In this document: in pieces, positions 1 to 9,459 of the stretch | How positions within the stretch are numbered: position 1 is the first letter of the stretch | Layout of the letters: each line of letters starts with the position of its first letter | Translations under genes and position numbers: made by a program | NCBI GenBank assembly: GCA_035547835.1 | Contig: DASZTW010000007.1 | Coordinates: 198,955 to 262,954 of the forward strand | Source: Acidimicrobiales bacterium | Lineage (GTDB): Bacteria; Actinomycetota; Acidimicrobiia; Acidimicrobiales; Iamiaceae | DNA length: 64,000 bases | Direction: 5' to 3' | Notes under the pieces: generated by a model | Seen by the model: only the letters and a program-made list of their open reading frames with translations | Told to the model about the DNA's origin: nothing | Database searches by the model: none

Positions 1-255
1 GCTCGCATCGCCGCCGAGGAGGTGGCCGAGATCGCGGAACGGGCCGAGGTTCTTGACCGCCAGGCTCGTGTCGCTGAGCGCCGGCATCGGCAGGACCGGC
101 GCCAGCAGCGCGAGCCCGACGATCAGGACGAGCCAACCGGCGGCCAGCCAGAAGCCCCATGAGAACTTCTTGCGGTCCAGTGCGCGGATCTCGGGCGCGG
201 GCGCGGCGAGCAGGACCGCGGGGTCGGTGCCGGCGTCAGTGCGCAGGTCGGACAT
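1..255 (-). CDS. ABC transporter permease, DppC/OppC-type, N-terminal fragment (gene runs off the left edge)
   Basis: Hand translation. ATG at 255 (minus strand) opens a stop-free frame to base 1 (MSDLRTDAGTDP...RKKFSWGFWLAAGWLVLIVGLALLAPVLP...), a basic stretch followed by a TM helix. It overlaps the stop of the upstream DppB-like gene by 20 nt. It is absent from the ORF track because it has no stop inside the window. Confidence 0.55.
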   Translation of the reverse strand, partial: MSDLRTDAGTDPAVLLAAPAPEIRALDRKKFSWGFWLAAGWLVLIVGLALLAPVLPMPALSDTSLAVKNLGPFRDLGHLLGGDAS

Positions 256-1222
256 TGCGAATCCTCGGGTCGAGCACGCTGTACAAGATGTCGATGATGA
301 AGATCACGACCACGTAGACGGCCGCGATGAGCGCGACGAGGCTCTGCACCGCCACGTACTGGCGCCGGCTGATCGCGTCGCCGAGCAGGAAGCCCATGCC
401 GTTGAGACGGAATAGCACCTCGATCACGATGGCGCCGCCGATCAGCGTGCCGACGTTCAACCCCGCGACGGTGAGCAAGGTGAGGCTCGAGGGGCGCAGG
501 GCGTGGCGCCACAGCACCCGTTTCGACGACATGCCCTTGGCTTTGGCCACCAGCACGAAGTCCTCGCGCAGGGTCTGGATCATGTCGGTCCGCAACAGCC
601 GCTGGTACACCGCGATCTGCGCGACCGCGAGCGAGATCACCGGGATGATCATCGACTTGACGTAGGGGCCGATGCCCTGGCCTATGCCGTGGTAGTCGCT
701 GACGTAGGTCCATTTCAGCTTGACGCCGAAGAAGTACACGAGCACGAGCGCGAGGGCGAAGTTGGGTATCGCCAACCCCGCGAACAGCACGCCGTTGGTG
801 ATCCGGTCAGCCCGCTTGCCCGCGCGGTGCGCGGCGAACACACCGAGCGGTATGGCGATCCCGAGCGCGAGGAGCTGCGACCACACGAGCAGCTGCAGCG
901 AGATCGGGAACGCCCTGCTGACCGACTCCGACACCGGCCGCTTGTTGCCGATGCCGAGGTAGTAGTAGCCGAGGTCGCCGTGGACGAAGTCCTTCAACCA
1001 GTAGCCGTAGCGCTGCAGGAGCGGCTTGTCCTCGTGGAGGTCGTGGCGGATCTCCTGTTGGTACGCCACGATCGTGTGCGCGTTCTCGCCGGTGGTCTGC
1101 ACCGGCACCAGCAGCTTCTCCGGCTTGCCCGGCAGGAACGAGACCAGCAGGAAGCTGAAGAACGTGACCAGGATGAGTACGGCGATGAGTGTGATGACCT
1201 TCCTGGCGTAGAAGACGACCAT
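236..1222 (-). CDS. ABC transporter permease, DppB/OppB-type (peptide/nickel family)
   Basis: 328-aa ORF, multi-TM. The N-terminus MVVFYARKVITLIAVLILVTFFSFLLV and an EAA-like loop region are typical of binding-protein-dependent permeases. It lies directly downstream of a family-5 substrate-binding protein. Confidence 0.85.
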   Translation of the reverse strand: MVVFYARKVITLIAVLILVTFFSFLLVSFLPGKPEKLLVPVQTTGENAHTIVAYQQEIRHDLHEDKPLLQRYGYWLKDFVHGDLGYYYLGIGNKRPVSESVSRAFPISLQLLVWSQLLALGIAIPLGVFAAHRAGKRADRITNGVLFAGLAIPNFALALVLVYFFGVKLKWTYVSDYHGIGQGIGPYVKSMIIPVISLAVAQIAVYQRLLRTDMIQTLREDFVLVAKAKGMSSKRVLWRHALRPSSLTLLTVAGLNVGTLIGGAIVIEVLFRLNGMGFLLGDAISRRQYVAVQSLVALIAAVYVVVIFIIDILYSVLDPRIRNVRPAH

Positions 1223-1265
1223 CGAGTGACCTACCCGCCCCCTCGCCCGGGGCCCGCCGTGGGTG

Positions 1266-3059
1266 TCACTTGGACACCCACAAACCGGCCGGAGAGTCGC
1301 CGTTCAACAGGCCGTACCACGGCTTGGTGCCGTCGGGCAGCGGAGGCCCGAGGATGCCGTGCACGTTGGTGGCCGTGGCGATGGTCCACGGTGAGTAAGC
1401 GCCCCACACGTAGTACGCCTGGGTGGCGAACCGGTCGTTGATGGCGCCGTACACGGCGTTCTCGTCCTTCGGATCGATGTTGGCGATCTTCGGGTCTGCC
1501 TTCACCGCGTCACTCCCCGGCTTCAAGCAGCCCGTGACGTCCATGGCCGAGCGGCCGACGTCGAGCAGGCAGTTGATGACCGGGTCGTTGTAGCGGGCGA
1601 AGTTCACGGGGTTGCCGTTGCCGTACCACCAGACGTACTGGTTGTCGGGGTTGGTGCCGCCGTAGTTGCGCCACGTGACCATCTGGAAGTCACCGGAGAT
1701 GGCGTTGTTGATCAGCTTCGCCTGCTCCAGCGTGGTGATCGTCACCTTGAAACCGACCTTTTGGAGGTCGGCCTGGGCGAGCTGGGCGGTGCGCACGGTC
1801 TCGGAGTCGGGCGTGGCGCTGATCTGGAAGCTGGTCGGCTTGCCTTCCTGCTTCAGCTTGGCGACCAGCGCCTTGGCGGCCGCGGGGTCGTACTTCGGGT
1901 AGCCGGTGTCGTGGTAGCCCTTCTGCCCGGGCGGGAAGGCGCTCTGGCCGAGCGGCGGCACACCGTCGCCGACGAGCTCGTTGGCCTTCTCACGGTTGAT
2001 GGCCATGGACACGGCTTGGCGCGTCTCGAGGTCGTTGAACGGCGCCTTCGCGGTGTTGAACATGAAATGGCCGATCTCGGTGTCGTGCACGCTCGTGATC
2101 ATGTTGACCTTGCCGGCGTCGGCGTCCGACCGGAGCTTCTGGATCGACGCACCGCTGGAGGTGTGCATGGCGTTGATCGAGCCGGCCTCGAGGTTGCTGA
2201 GGCGGGTCGGGCCATCGGGGATCGGCTTGTAGATGATCTTGTCGAGGTAGGGGAGCTGCTGGCCGTTGGCGTCCTTGAGCCAGTAGTTCGGGTTGCGGAC
2301 CATCGTGTAGTGGTCGTTCGGCACCCACTGCTGCAAGATGAACGGGCCGGTGCCCACCAGGTCCTTGGCGCACGAGCTGGGGTCGGCGTTGAGCTGCTTC
2401 TCGCCCATGATCCCCACGCGGGCCTGGCCGAAGAGGGCGGCGTCGAAGCGGACCCACGGCTGGTGCATGGTGACCACGACGTCGTTGCCCTGCACGGCGG
2501 TGGTGGCGATGTTCTTGAACGTGAAGATGAACAGCAGCGGGTGGCGGGCGGGCAGCGCGCCGCGGTACGCGTCGAGGTTGTCCTTGATGACCTGCGCGGT
2601 GAGCGGCGTGCCGTCGCTGAACTTCACACCGGCGCGCGGCGTGATGGTCCACGTCTTGTAGTCGTCGGAATGGGTGACCTTGGAGGCCAGGAACGGGTGG
2701 TACTGGCCGTCGGCGCCCGGCGCTGTGAGCGTGTCGTACACGCTGCGGATGATCTGCTCACCGGAGATGTCGGCCTGGGCTTCGGGCAGGCAGTAGCCAC
2801 CCTCGTCCTCGGCCTCGAGGCCGTACGTGACGGTGCCGCCGCGAACCGGCGTGAGCCCGGCGTCGGGTTCGCCCGGCGTCTTAGGGGAGGGGCGGATGTC
2901 GACACCGAGGAACGCCCCCTTGCCCTGCTTGAAGAGGTCGACGCTCGAGCTGCTGCTGCCGCCGCCCTTGCCGCCGCACGAGGCGACGAAGAGCAGGCCC
3001 ACAGCGACCATCGTGAAGAACGTGCCGAAGCGACGGACGCGGTTGGCGGTGCTTCTCAT
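1266..3059 (-). CDS. ABC transporter substrate-binding lipoprotein, family 5 (peptide/nickel type)
   Basis: The ORF was trimmed to the internal Met (MRSTANRVRRFGTFFTMVAVGLLFVASCGG), which gives a signal peptide plus a lipobox Cys. GGGGGA lies just upstream of this ATG. Length and sequence resemble DppA/OppA-type binding proteins. Confidence 0.85.
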   Translation of the reverse strand: MRSTANRVRRFGTFFTMVAVGLLFVASCGGKGGGSSSSSVDLFKQGKGAFLGVDIRPSPKTPGEPDAGLTPVRGGTVTYGLEAEDEGGYCLPEAQADISGEQIIRSVYDTLTAPGADGQYHPFLASKVTHSDDYKTWTITPRAGVKFSDGTPLTAQVIKDNLDAYRGALPARHPLLFIFTFKNIATTAVQGNDVVVTMHQPWVRFDAALFGQARVGIMGEKQLNADPSSCAKDLVGTGPFILQQWVPNDHYTMVRNPNYWLKDANGQQLPYLDKIIYKPIPDGPTRLSNLEAGSINAMHTSSGASIQKLRSDADAGKVNMITSVHDTEIGHFMFNTAKAPFNDLETRQAVSMAINREKANELVGDGVPPLGQSAFPPGQKGYHDTGYPKYDPAAAKALVAKLKQEGKPTSFQISATPDSETVRTAQLAQADLQKVGFKVTITTLEQAKLINNAISGDFQMVTWRNYGGTNPDNQYVWWYGNGNPVNFARYNDPVINCLLDVGRSAMDVTGCLKPGSDAVKADPKIANIDPKDENAVYGAINDRFATQAYYVWGAYSPWTIATATNVHGILGPPLPDGTKPWYGLLNGDSPAGLWVSK

Positions 3060-3177
3060 GGATCCCCCTGAGGTCATTTCTGCGGTGATGTTGTGGTGCT
3101 GGGACCGGTCAGCCCGATGGAGCGCAGCTGTGACCGGCTTCACTGCCGGGCAAGTGCGTACGTTATAGCCGCTCCGA

Positions 3178-3193
3178 TTGACCCGCGGGTCAA
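3178..3193. promoter_or_regulatory. Perfect 16-bp palindrome TTGACCCGCGGGTCAA in the ABC-operon upstream region
   Basis: Read directly from the sequence. It lies about 120 bp upstream of the binding-protein start (3059, minus strand) and about 70 bp downstream of the ArsC-family stop (3262). It could be an operator or a short terminator stem. Confidence 0.25.
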
Positions 3194-3261
3194 CCTTCGT
3201 TCGACGATCCAGAATCCGTGGCGCAGCAAGCGATCGCGACAGCCCACGCCGATCCTCACTG

Positions 3262-3615
3262 TCAGCCGAGCAGCTCTTGGACCCGCTCGGGCGGGCGGGC
3301 GATCACGGCCCGATCACCGAGCACCACGATGGGCCGCTCCAGCAGGATCGGGTGCTCGACGATCGCGTCGAGCAGCGCGGATCCCGACACCGCGTCGAGG
3401 CCTTGCTCCGCATACACGGCCTCGCCGGTGCGCATCATCGCCCGCGGATCGTCGATGCCGAGTTGGCGCATCAACGTCGTGAGCTCCGCGCGCGTGGGCG
3501 CGTCGGCCAGGTATTCCCGGTATTCGGCCGGCGCGTCGCGCTCGGCGAGCAGGTCGCGGGTCTGGCGGCACTTGGAGCAGCGCGGGTTGAACCACACGGT
3601 GCAGGCGTCAGTCAT
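3262..3615 (-). CDS. ArsC/Spx/YfgD-family thiol reductase-like protein
   Basis: Trimmed to MTDACTVWFNPRCSKCRQTRDLL. The NPRCSK motif and the ~117-aa size match the ArsC family. Confidence 0.75.
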   Translation of the reverse strand: MTDACTVWFNPRCSKCRQTRDLLAERDAPAEYREYLADAPTRAELTTLMRQLGIDDPRAMMRTGEAVYAEQGLDAVSGSALLDAIVEHPILLERPIVVLGDRAVIARPPERVQELLG

Positions 3616-3629
3616 CCATCGGCTCCTTG

Positions 3630-4310
3630 TCACTTCGGGTGGGGGGCGCCAGCCGCCAATCGGCTGGTCACGGTGGCGTGCACACGCTCTGCGACCTCGT
3701 CGGGGCTGCCGGTGCCGTCGATCTCGGCCAGCAGGCTGCGCGCGGCGAGCCAGTGCAACAGCGGGCCGGTCTCGCGCTCATAGATCGCCAGGCGACGCTC
3801 GATCGCGTCGGGAAGGTCATCGTCGCGTCGCACGGCAGGCCCGTGCCCGAGCGGGCATGGCACCTCCGCGACCGACGGGTCGTCAACGGTGACCACCGTC
3901 CCGCAGACCGGGCACACCCGTCGCCGGGCCATGCGCGCCAGCACGTCGTCGACCGGCACCTGCAGCTCGATCGCGAGGTCGAGCCCGACGTCCGGCAGCG
4001 CCCGGAGGAACGTCTCGGCCTGGCGGACCGTGCGGGGGTAGCCGTCGAGTACGACACCGCCCCGCGCCCAGTCGCCGGCCCGCGCTTGTTCGCTGATCAG
4101 CTCCAACATCACGTCATCGTCGACGAGCGCGCCTCGCTCCACCGTGGCGGCCACACGGCGGCCGAGATCACTCTGCGCGGCGATGGCTGCCCGCAAGAGG
4201 TCGCCGGTGGAGACGTGGGTGAGCTGCAGGCGCTCGGCGAGTCGGGCCGCCTGCGTTCCCTTGCCCGAGCCTTGCCGGCCGACGACGGCGAGACGGGGGC
4301 GGTGCGGCAC
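3630..4310 (-). CDS. adk: Adenylate kinase (long form with a Cys-containing lid)
   Basis: P-loop GRQGSGKGTQ, STGDLLRAA, LDGYPRT, lid RRVCPVCG...VPCPLGHG, and RRDDD...ERRLAIYE all match the Adk layout. It is not in a secY-adk-map context. Confidence 0.8.
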   Translation of the reverse strand: MPHRPRLAVVGRQGSGKGTQAARLAERLQLTHVSTGDLLRAAIAAQSDLGRRVAATVERGALVDDDVMLELISEQARAGDWARGGVVLDGYPRTVRQAETFLRALPDVGLDLAIELQVPVDDVLARMARRRVCPVCGTVVTVDDPSVAEVPCPLGHGPAVRRDDDLPDAIERRLAIYERETGPLLHWLAARSLLAEIDGTGSPDEVAERVHATVTSRLAAGAPHPK

Positions 4311-4417
4311 GCGCTCGGTCTACCACCCGCGCCGACCCGGGTCGTCCGTCACGGTGCGCGCTGGGAGCCGGCACCGCCGGCGCGGTAGGTTGGCCCGCCG
4401 ATGCCGACGACGACCCC

Positions 4418-5566
4418 GTGCCCCCGAGGCGTCCGATGACCGACCCACGAGCGACGGCCGTGCGACCTGCTCGCGGCGGTTCGCCTGCGGAGCGCCGGAC
4501 GATCTCCGACTTGCCGCCGGGCGAGGAGCGGGGTCTGGCCCTCCTGGCGCTGGCCGCGCACCGGCGCGATGCCGACGAGCCCGAGCGCGCCGCGGGTCCC
4601 GCATTCGCGGCCTGCCGGGAGCTGATCGGTGCCGGTCGTTGCGTCGCCGCAGCTCGAGCGCTGCGCATCGCCGGACTGGCGCTGGTCCTGATCGGTCGCA
4701 GCGGCGAGGCCGTGCCGCGGCTGCGCGGCGCACGGGAGAGCCTCGAGGCGGCAGGGGCCGGGGACGTCACCCTGGCTGGGGTCGACGTCACGCTCGCAGA
4801 GGCGTTGCGGGCCCTCGGCTATGCGTCCGCCGCACGTACCTGCCTCGAATCCGCCCGCTCCACCTACGCGGCGGCCGGTCACACCGAGCTGCTGCCCACG
4901 ATCGATCACGACCTGGCGATCTTCCAAGCCGAGCTCGGCGACGTGCACGGCGCGATCGACCAGCTCGTGGCCGTCCGCAAGCAGTTCCTCGAAGCGCGCG
5001 ACCGGGAAGGCGTCGCGGCGTGCTCGCACAACACGGGCTTGTTGCTCCACGACCTCGGCCAGCTCGACGACGCCGCGGAGTACCTCCAAGAAGCTCGCCG
5101 CATCTTCGCGGCAGTAGGCCATGGCGCCGAAGCGGCGGCCTGCGACCAGAACCTCGGCGTCGTGTTCCATGACATGGGCAGGCCCGAGGAAGCCGCGGCC
5201 CGGCTGCTCGATGCCCGCAAGGCGTTCGCGCAGGCCGGCGCCCGCCGCAGCGTGGGGGAGTGCGACCACAACCTGAGCGTGGTACTCACCGTGCTCGGCC
5301 GCCCCGAAGAGGCAGCCGAGTGCCTGCGCAGGGCCGAAGCCGTAGGCGTGCGCGCCCCGGCCGACACCGGGACCCAACCAGCCGTGCCCGCGGTCGCGCA
5401 GGAGCCGGCGGTGGCTTCCGCACCGGCGGGCGCCCCGCCCCCAGCCGGGCAGGTGCCCGGCGCGGACGGTCGGGCTGCGGCTATTGGGGCGGTTGCCGTG
5501 TCGCCAGGTCGTGGCGAACCGCGGCGACCGCGGTTGGTGGCCGATCGCCAGGCCCAACCGGCCTGA
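4418..5566 (+). CDS. TPR-like repeat protein
   Basis: Repeated ~40-aa helical units: HNTGLLLHDLGQLDDAAEYLQEARRIFAAVG, DQNLGVVFHDMGRPEEAAARLLDARKAFAQAG, DHNLSVVLTVLGRPEEAAECLRRAEAVG. The start codon is uncertain (GTG at 4418 or Met 6 codons later). Confidence 0.6.
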   Translation: MPPRRPMTDPRATAVRPARGGSPAERRTISDLPPGEERGLALLALAAHRRDADEPERAAGPAFAACRELIGAGRCVAAARALRIAGLALVLIGRSGEAVPRLRGARESLEAAGAGDVTLAGVDVTLAEALRALGYASAARTCLESARSTYAAAGHTELLPTIDHDLAIFQAELGDVHGAIDQLVAVRKQFLEARDREGVAACSHNTGLLLHDLGQLDDAAEYLQEARRIFAAVGHGAEAAACDQNLGVVFHDMGRPEEAAARLLDARKAFAQAGARRSVGECDHNLSVVLTVLGRPEEAAECLRRAEAVGVRAPADTGTQPAVPAVAQEPAVASAPAGAPPPAGQVPGADGRAAAIGAVAVSPGRGEPRRPRLVADRQAQPA

Positions 5567-5648
5567 CCCCCGCGGTGCAGCAGGCCTGATCGCGGACCCG
5601 GGCGGGCGAGATCGGACGGAGCGGCCCGAGGGACCGACTCGGCCAGCG

Positions 5649-6311
5649 TCAGCGACGGCGCGCCAGGGTGAGGCCGTCGGCGAGCGGGAGCAGCACCGAT
5701 TCCATCCGCTCGTCCGCGGTGACATGGTCGTTGAAGGCGCGAATCGCTGCGACGGATTCGTGGTCATCGTCGGCCGGCGGTGCCGCGGCGTTCCCGTTCT
5801 GGAGCACGTTGTCGGCCACGAGCAGGCCGCCGGGACGCAGGCGCGGCACCAACTCCTCGTAGTAGTCGAGGTAGCCGGTCTTGTCCGCGTCGACGAACGC
5901 GAAGTCGACGACCGGATCGGTCGGGAGCGCACGCAAGGTGTCGATGGCGGGAGCGATGCGGAGCTCGATCCGATCACCGACGCCGGCCACACCCCAGTAC
6001 TTGCGCGCCATCGCGGTGAACTCCTCGCTCACGTCGCAGCACAGCAAGTGGCCGCCGTCGGCCAGACCGCGGGCGATGCAGATCGACGAGTAGCCGGTGA
6101 ACGTGCCAACCTCGACGGCGTTGGTGGCGCCGACCAGGCGCACCAGCAGCGTCATGAACGCCCCTTGGTCGGGGCCGATCTGCATCCCTGAGATCGGCCC
6201 GAGCGCGGCGGTCTCCTCGGCGAGGTCGCGCAGCACCTGGTCGGGCTGCGCGGCATGCGCGCCGACGTAGGCGGCGAGTCGGTCGTCGAGCAGGAAGGAG
6301 CGGGGAGACAT
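5649..6311 (-). CDS. Class I SAM-dependent O-methyltransferase (caffeoyl-CoA OMT-like)
   Basis: Trimmed to MSPRSFLLDD (220 aa). SAM motif VEVGTFTGYSS, plus DFAFVDADK and LLVADNVL, as in family-3 O-methyltransferases. Confidence 0.85.
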   Translation of the reverse strand: MSPRSFLLDDRLAAYVGAHAAQPDQVLRDLAEETAALGPISGMQIGPDQGAFMTLLVRLVGATNAVEVGTFTGYSSICIARGLADGGHLLCCDVSEEFTAMARKYWGVAGVGDRIELRIAPAIDTLRALPTDPVVDFAFVDADKTGYLDYYEELVPRLRPGGLLVADNVLQNGNAAAPPADDDHESVAAIRAFNDHVTADERMESVLLPLADGLTLARRR

Positions 6312-6399
6312 GGCCGCAGTATGCCGAACGCAGGACCCGTCGTGGCGGGCGCGGCCCGCGCGTGGCGCGACCGCGGTCCACGCGGTGCAGACTCTGTCC

Positions 6400-7239
6400 A
6401 TGAGCGATCGCGTGACCGTGACCATGGACGGCGGGGTGGCCGACGTCCGGATGAATCGCCCCGACAAGCGCAACGCGCTGGATCCCGCGATGTTCGAGGC
6501 GCTCGTCGTGGCGAGCGATGAGCTGGCCGCCGACCCGTCGGTGCGGGCGGTCGTGCTCTCCGGCGAAGGCGTGTCGTTCTGTGCCGGCCTGGACTTTTCG
6601 AGCTTCCAGGCGATGGCGGGCTCCGACGCTCCGCCGAGAGCAGAAGGAGCGGGCAAGCCCCGGCTTCCCCGCGAGCTCGGCGCGCGCGACGACGGCCGCA
6701 TCACCAACCGGCCGCAGCAGGCCGCGTGGGGATGGGCCGAGCTACCGGTGCCGGTCATCGCCGCCGTGCACGGCCACGCCCTCGGCGGTGGGTTCCAGAT
6801 CGCCATGGCGGCCGACATCCGCATCACCGCCCCCGATGCCAAGTTCTCCGTGCTGGAGATCCGCTGGGGGCTGGTGCCCGACATGACCGGTGTTCCGCAA
6901 CTCGTCCGCCACGTCGGCCTCGACGTCGCCAAAGAGCTGACGTGGACCGGTCGGATCGTCAGCGGTACCGAAGCCGTGGAGCTCGGGCTCGCCACCCGCA
7001 CGTCCGATGACCCTCGCACCGACGCGCTCGCGCTCGCACACGAGATCGCCGGCAAGAACCCCCACGCGATCCGGGCCGGGAAGCGTCTGCTCCACGACGT
7101 CGATCAGCGGCCGCTGGCCGAGTCGCTCGTCGCCGAGTCCATCGAGATGGGTCAGCTGATCGGCTCGCCGAACCAGGTCGAGGCCGTCACTGCCTACTTC
7201 GAGCAGCGCGAGCCGCAGTTCGCGGATCCGGAGGCCTGA
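6400..7239 (+). CDS. Enoyl-CoA hydratase/isomerase (crotonase) family protein
   Basis: Trimmed to MSDRVTVTMDGGVADVRMNRPDKRNAL. Carries FCAGLD, AAVHGHALGGG and LTGR-like (WTGR) crotonase motifs. Confidence 0.85.
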   Translation: MSDRVTVTMDGGVADVRMNRPDKRNALDPAMFEALVVASDELAADPSVRAVVLSGEGVSFCAGLDFSSFQAMAGSDAPPRAEGAGKPRLPRELGARDDGRITNRPQQAAWGWAELPVPVIAAVHGHALGGGFQIAMAADIRITAPDAKFSVLEIRWGLVPDMTGVPQLVRHVGLDVAKELTWTGRIVSGTEAVELGLATRTSDDPRTDALALAHEIAGKNPHAIRAGKRLLHDVDQRPLAESLVAESIEMGQLIGSPNQVEAVTAYFEQREPQFADPEA

Positions 7240-7248
7240 CCTCCTGCC

Positions 7249-8619
7249 GTGCCGCCGTCGCTGCCGCCCGACGTCGCCCGCGCCCTGCGCGACATCGTCG
7301 GCGCGGCCAACTTCCTCACCGACGCGGACCTGACCGCGACGTACGCGGTCGACTGGACCGGCCGGTTCCGGGGCGCCACACCGGCCGTCGTCCGGCCCGG
7401 CAACACCGCCGAGATCGCCGCGGTCGTGTCGGTGTGCGCCGCCGAGGCCGTCGCCTTGGTGCCCCAAGGCGGGCGGACCGGTCTCGTCGGCGGCTCCGTC
7501 CCGCTGGCGGGGGAAGTCGTGATCAGCACGCACCGGTTGAGCACGGTCGAACCGGTCGACGACACAGCCGGGCAGCTCACCGCCGAGGCCGGGGCGCCGG
7601 TGGCGTCTGTGCAGCACGCCGCGTTCGCGGCCGGGTGGATGTACGGCATCGACTTCGCCGCGCGGGACTCCGCGTCGATCGGCGGCACCATCGCCACCAA
7701 CGCCGGCGGCCTCCACTTGCTGCGCTACGGCGGCACGCGCCACCAACTGCTCGGCGTCGAGGCGGTGCTGGGCGACGGTTCGGTCGTGTCGCACCTCGGT
7801 GGGCTCATGAAGGACAACACCGGCTACGACCTGGCCGGCCTGTTGTGCGGCTCGGAAGGCACGCTCGGCATCGTCACCAGGGCGCGCCTCCGGTTGCATC
7901 CGCCGGCGCCCGCACGGGTGGTGGCCATGGTGGGCTTCACGTCGGTGGCCCTCGCTCTGGTGGCCGCGGGGGCCTTGCGCCGTTCGCTCCCATCGCTCGA
8001 AGCGTGCGAGCTGGTGCTGGCACCCGGGCTCGAGCTCGTGGCACGCGTCAGCGGTCACCGCCCGCCGTTCGAGGCCATCCCTCCGGCCGCGCTGGTGGTC
8101 GGCTGCGCGGGGCTCCTCGACTCGACCGACGAGCTGGCCGCGGCCGTCGACGCACTCGACGGGGTCGTCGACGTGGCGGTCGCCGAGGAGCGCGCCCGGC
8201 GCGCCGAGCTGTGGCACTGGCGCGAGGGCCACACGGAGGCGATCGGCACGTTGGGCGCACCCCACAAGCTGGACGTCACGCTCCCGGCGGCGACCCTCGT
8301 CGAGTTCCTCGAGCGGGTGACGGGCGCAGTGACGGCCGTGGCCGGCACGGCACAGGTGTGGTTGTTCGGCCACGCAGCCGACGGCAACGTCCACGTGAAC
8401 GTCACCGGTGTCGAGCCCGACGACGAGCGCGTCGACGACGCCGTGCTGCGGCTGGTGGCCGGCCTCGGCGGCAGCATCTCCGCCGAGCACGGCATCGGCA
8501 CCGCGAAACGGCGGTGGCTGACGCTGAACCGCTCGCCCGAGGAGCTGGCCGCGTTCCGGGCGATCAAGTCGGCGCTCGACCCCGCAGGCATCCTCAACCC
8601 CAACGTCCTGCTCCCCTGA
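7249..8619 (+). CDS. FAD-linked oxidase (GlcD / D-lactate dehydrogenase family)
   Basis: 456 aa. FAD-binding PCMH-type N-terminus (VVRPGNTAEIAAVV..., PQGGRTGLVGGSVP) and a C-terminal SAEHGIG motif. Confidence 0.85.
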   Translation: MPPSLPPDVARALRDIVGAANFLTDADLTATYAVDWTGRFRGATPAVVRPGNTAEIAAVVSVCAAEAVALVPQGGRTGLVGGSVPLAGEVVISTHRLSTVEPVDDTAGQLTAEAGAPVASVQHAAFAAGWMYGIDFAARDSASIGGTIATNAGGLHLLRYGGTRHQLLGVEAVLGDGSVVSHLGGLMKDNTGYDLAGLLCGSEGTLGIVTRARLRLHPPAPARVVAMVGFTSVALALVAAGALRRSLPSLEACELVLAPGLELVARVSGHRPPFEAIPPAALVVGCAGLLDSTDELAAAVDALDGVVDVAVAEERARRAELWHWREGHTEAIGTLGAPHKLDVTLPAATLVEFLERVTGAVTAVAGTAQVWLFGHAADGNVHVNVTGVEPDDERVDDAVLRLVAGLGGSISAEHGIGTAKRRWLTLNRSPEELAAFRAIKSALDPAGILNPNVLLP

Positions 8620-8664
8620 TCCCACCCTGCTGCGCGTGAAGAGCGACCGCGATGGTGGGATTTT
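8620..8664 (+). terminator. Candidate intrinsic terminator after the FAD oxidase gene
   Basis: TCCCACC (8620-8626) pairs with GGTGGGA (8654-8660) and is followed by TTTT (8661-8664). The loop is large (27 nt), so this call is weak. Confidence 0.35.
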
Positions 8665-8684
8665 GCGGGCAGAAGGCGACTTGT

Positions 8685-9455
8685 TCAGGGGCGGGGGGTC
8701 CAGTCGCCGCGGCGCTCGAGCACGTCGCGCAGGACGGTCGGGCGGTCGGTCATCAAGCCGTCGACGCCGAGGTCGAGCAGCTCCACCATCTCAGTGGGGT
8801 CGTCGATGGTCCACACGTGGACTTGCAGGTCGCGGGCATGGGCCGTGTCGACGAAGCGCTGGTCGACGATCGTGAGGCCCTTGGCGCGGTGCGGGACCTG
8901 CACGCAGCCCGCATCGAACGCTCCTGCGGGAAGGTGGAAGGAAGCGCCGCGCAGGCGGGCCACGCCGCGCGGGCCGAGCGACGTGCACAGCTCAGGTCCG
9001 AGCAGTTCGCGGATCTGGGCGAGGCGCTTGTCGGAGAACGAACCGATGCACACCCGCTCGACGCTCCCGGTGCGGCGGATGACCTCGGCCAGCGGTTCGA
9101 CGGTCTCGTCGTGCTTGGGGTCGATGTTGATGCGCACGTCGGGCCAGGCGCCCAGCAGGTCTTCCATCAACGGGATGGGTTCGCGGCCGTCGACGCGCGC
9201 CTCGGCGACCGTGGCGTAAGGCAGCTCGGCGATGGTGCCGGTGCGGTCGGTGACGCGGTCGAGGCGGTCGTCGTGGAAGGCCAGCAGCACCCCGTCGGCG
9301 GTGAGGTGCACGTCGGTCTCGAGGTAGCGGTAGCCGAGCGACACTGCCGCCTCGAACGCGGGCATCGTGTTCTCGGGCGCGTCGCTCGCGCCGCCGCGGT
9401 GGGCGAACGCGAGCGTGCCGGGATGGTCGAGGAACGTCCAGCGGCTGGCCGGCAC
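8685..9455 (-). CDS. Glycerophosphodiester phosphodiesterase
   Basis: AHRGG...PENT, ETDVHLTADGVLLAFHD and a C-terminal VDGLMTD are classic GDPD motifs. Confidence 0.85.
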   Translation of the reverse strand: MPASRWTFLDHPGTLAFAHRGGASDAPENTMPAFEAAVSLGYRYLETDVHLTADGVLLAFHDDRLDRVTDRTGTIAELPYATVAEARVDGREPIPLMEDLLGAWPDVRINIDPKHDETVEPLAEVIRRTGSVERVCIGSFSDKRLAQIRELLGPELCTSLGPRGVARLRGASFHLPAGAFDAGCVQVPHRAKGLTIVDQRFVDTAHARDLQVHVWTIDDPTEMVELLDLGVDGLMTDRPTVLRDVLERRGDWTPRP

Positions 9456-9459
9456 GTCC

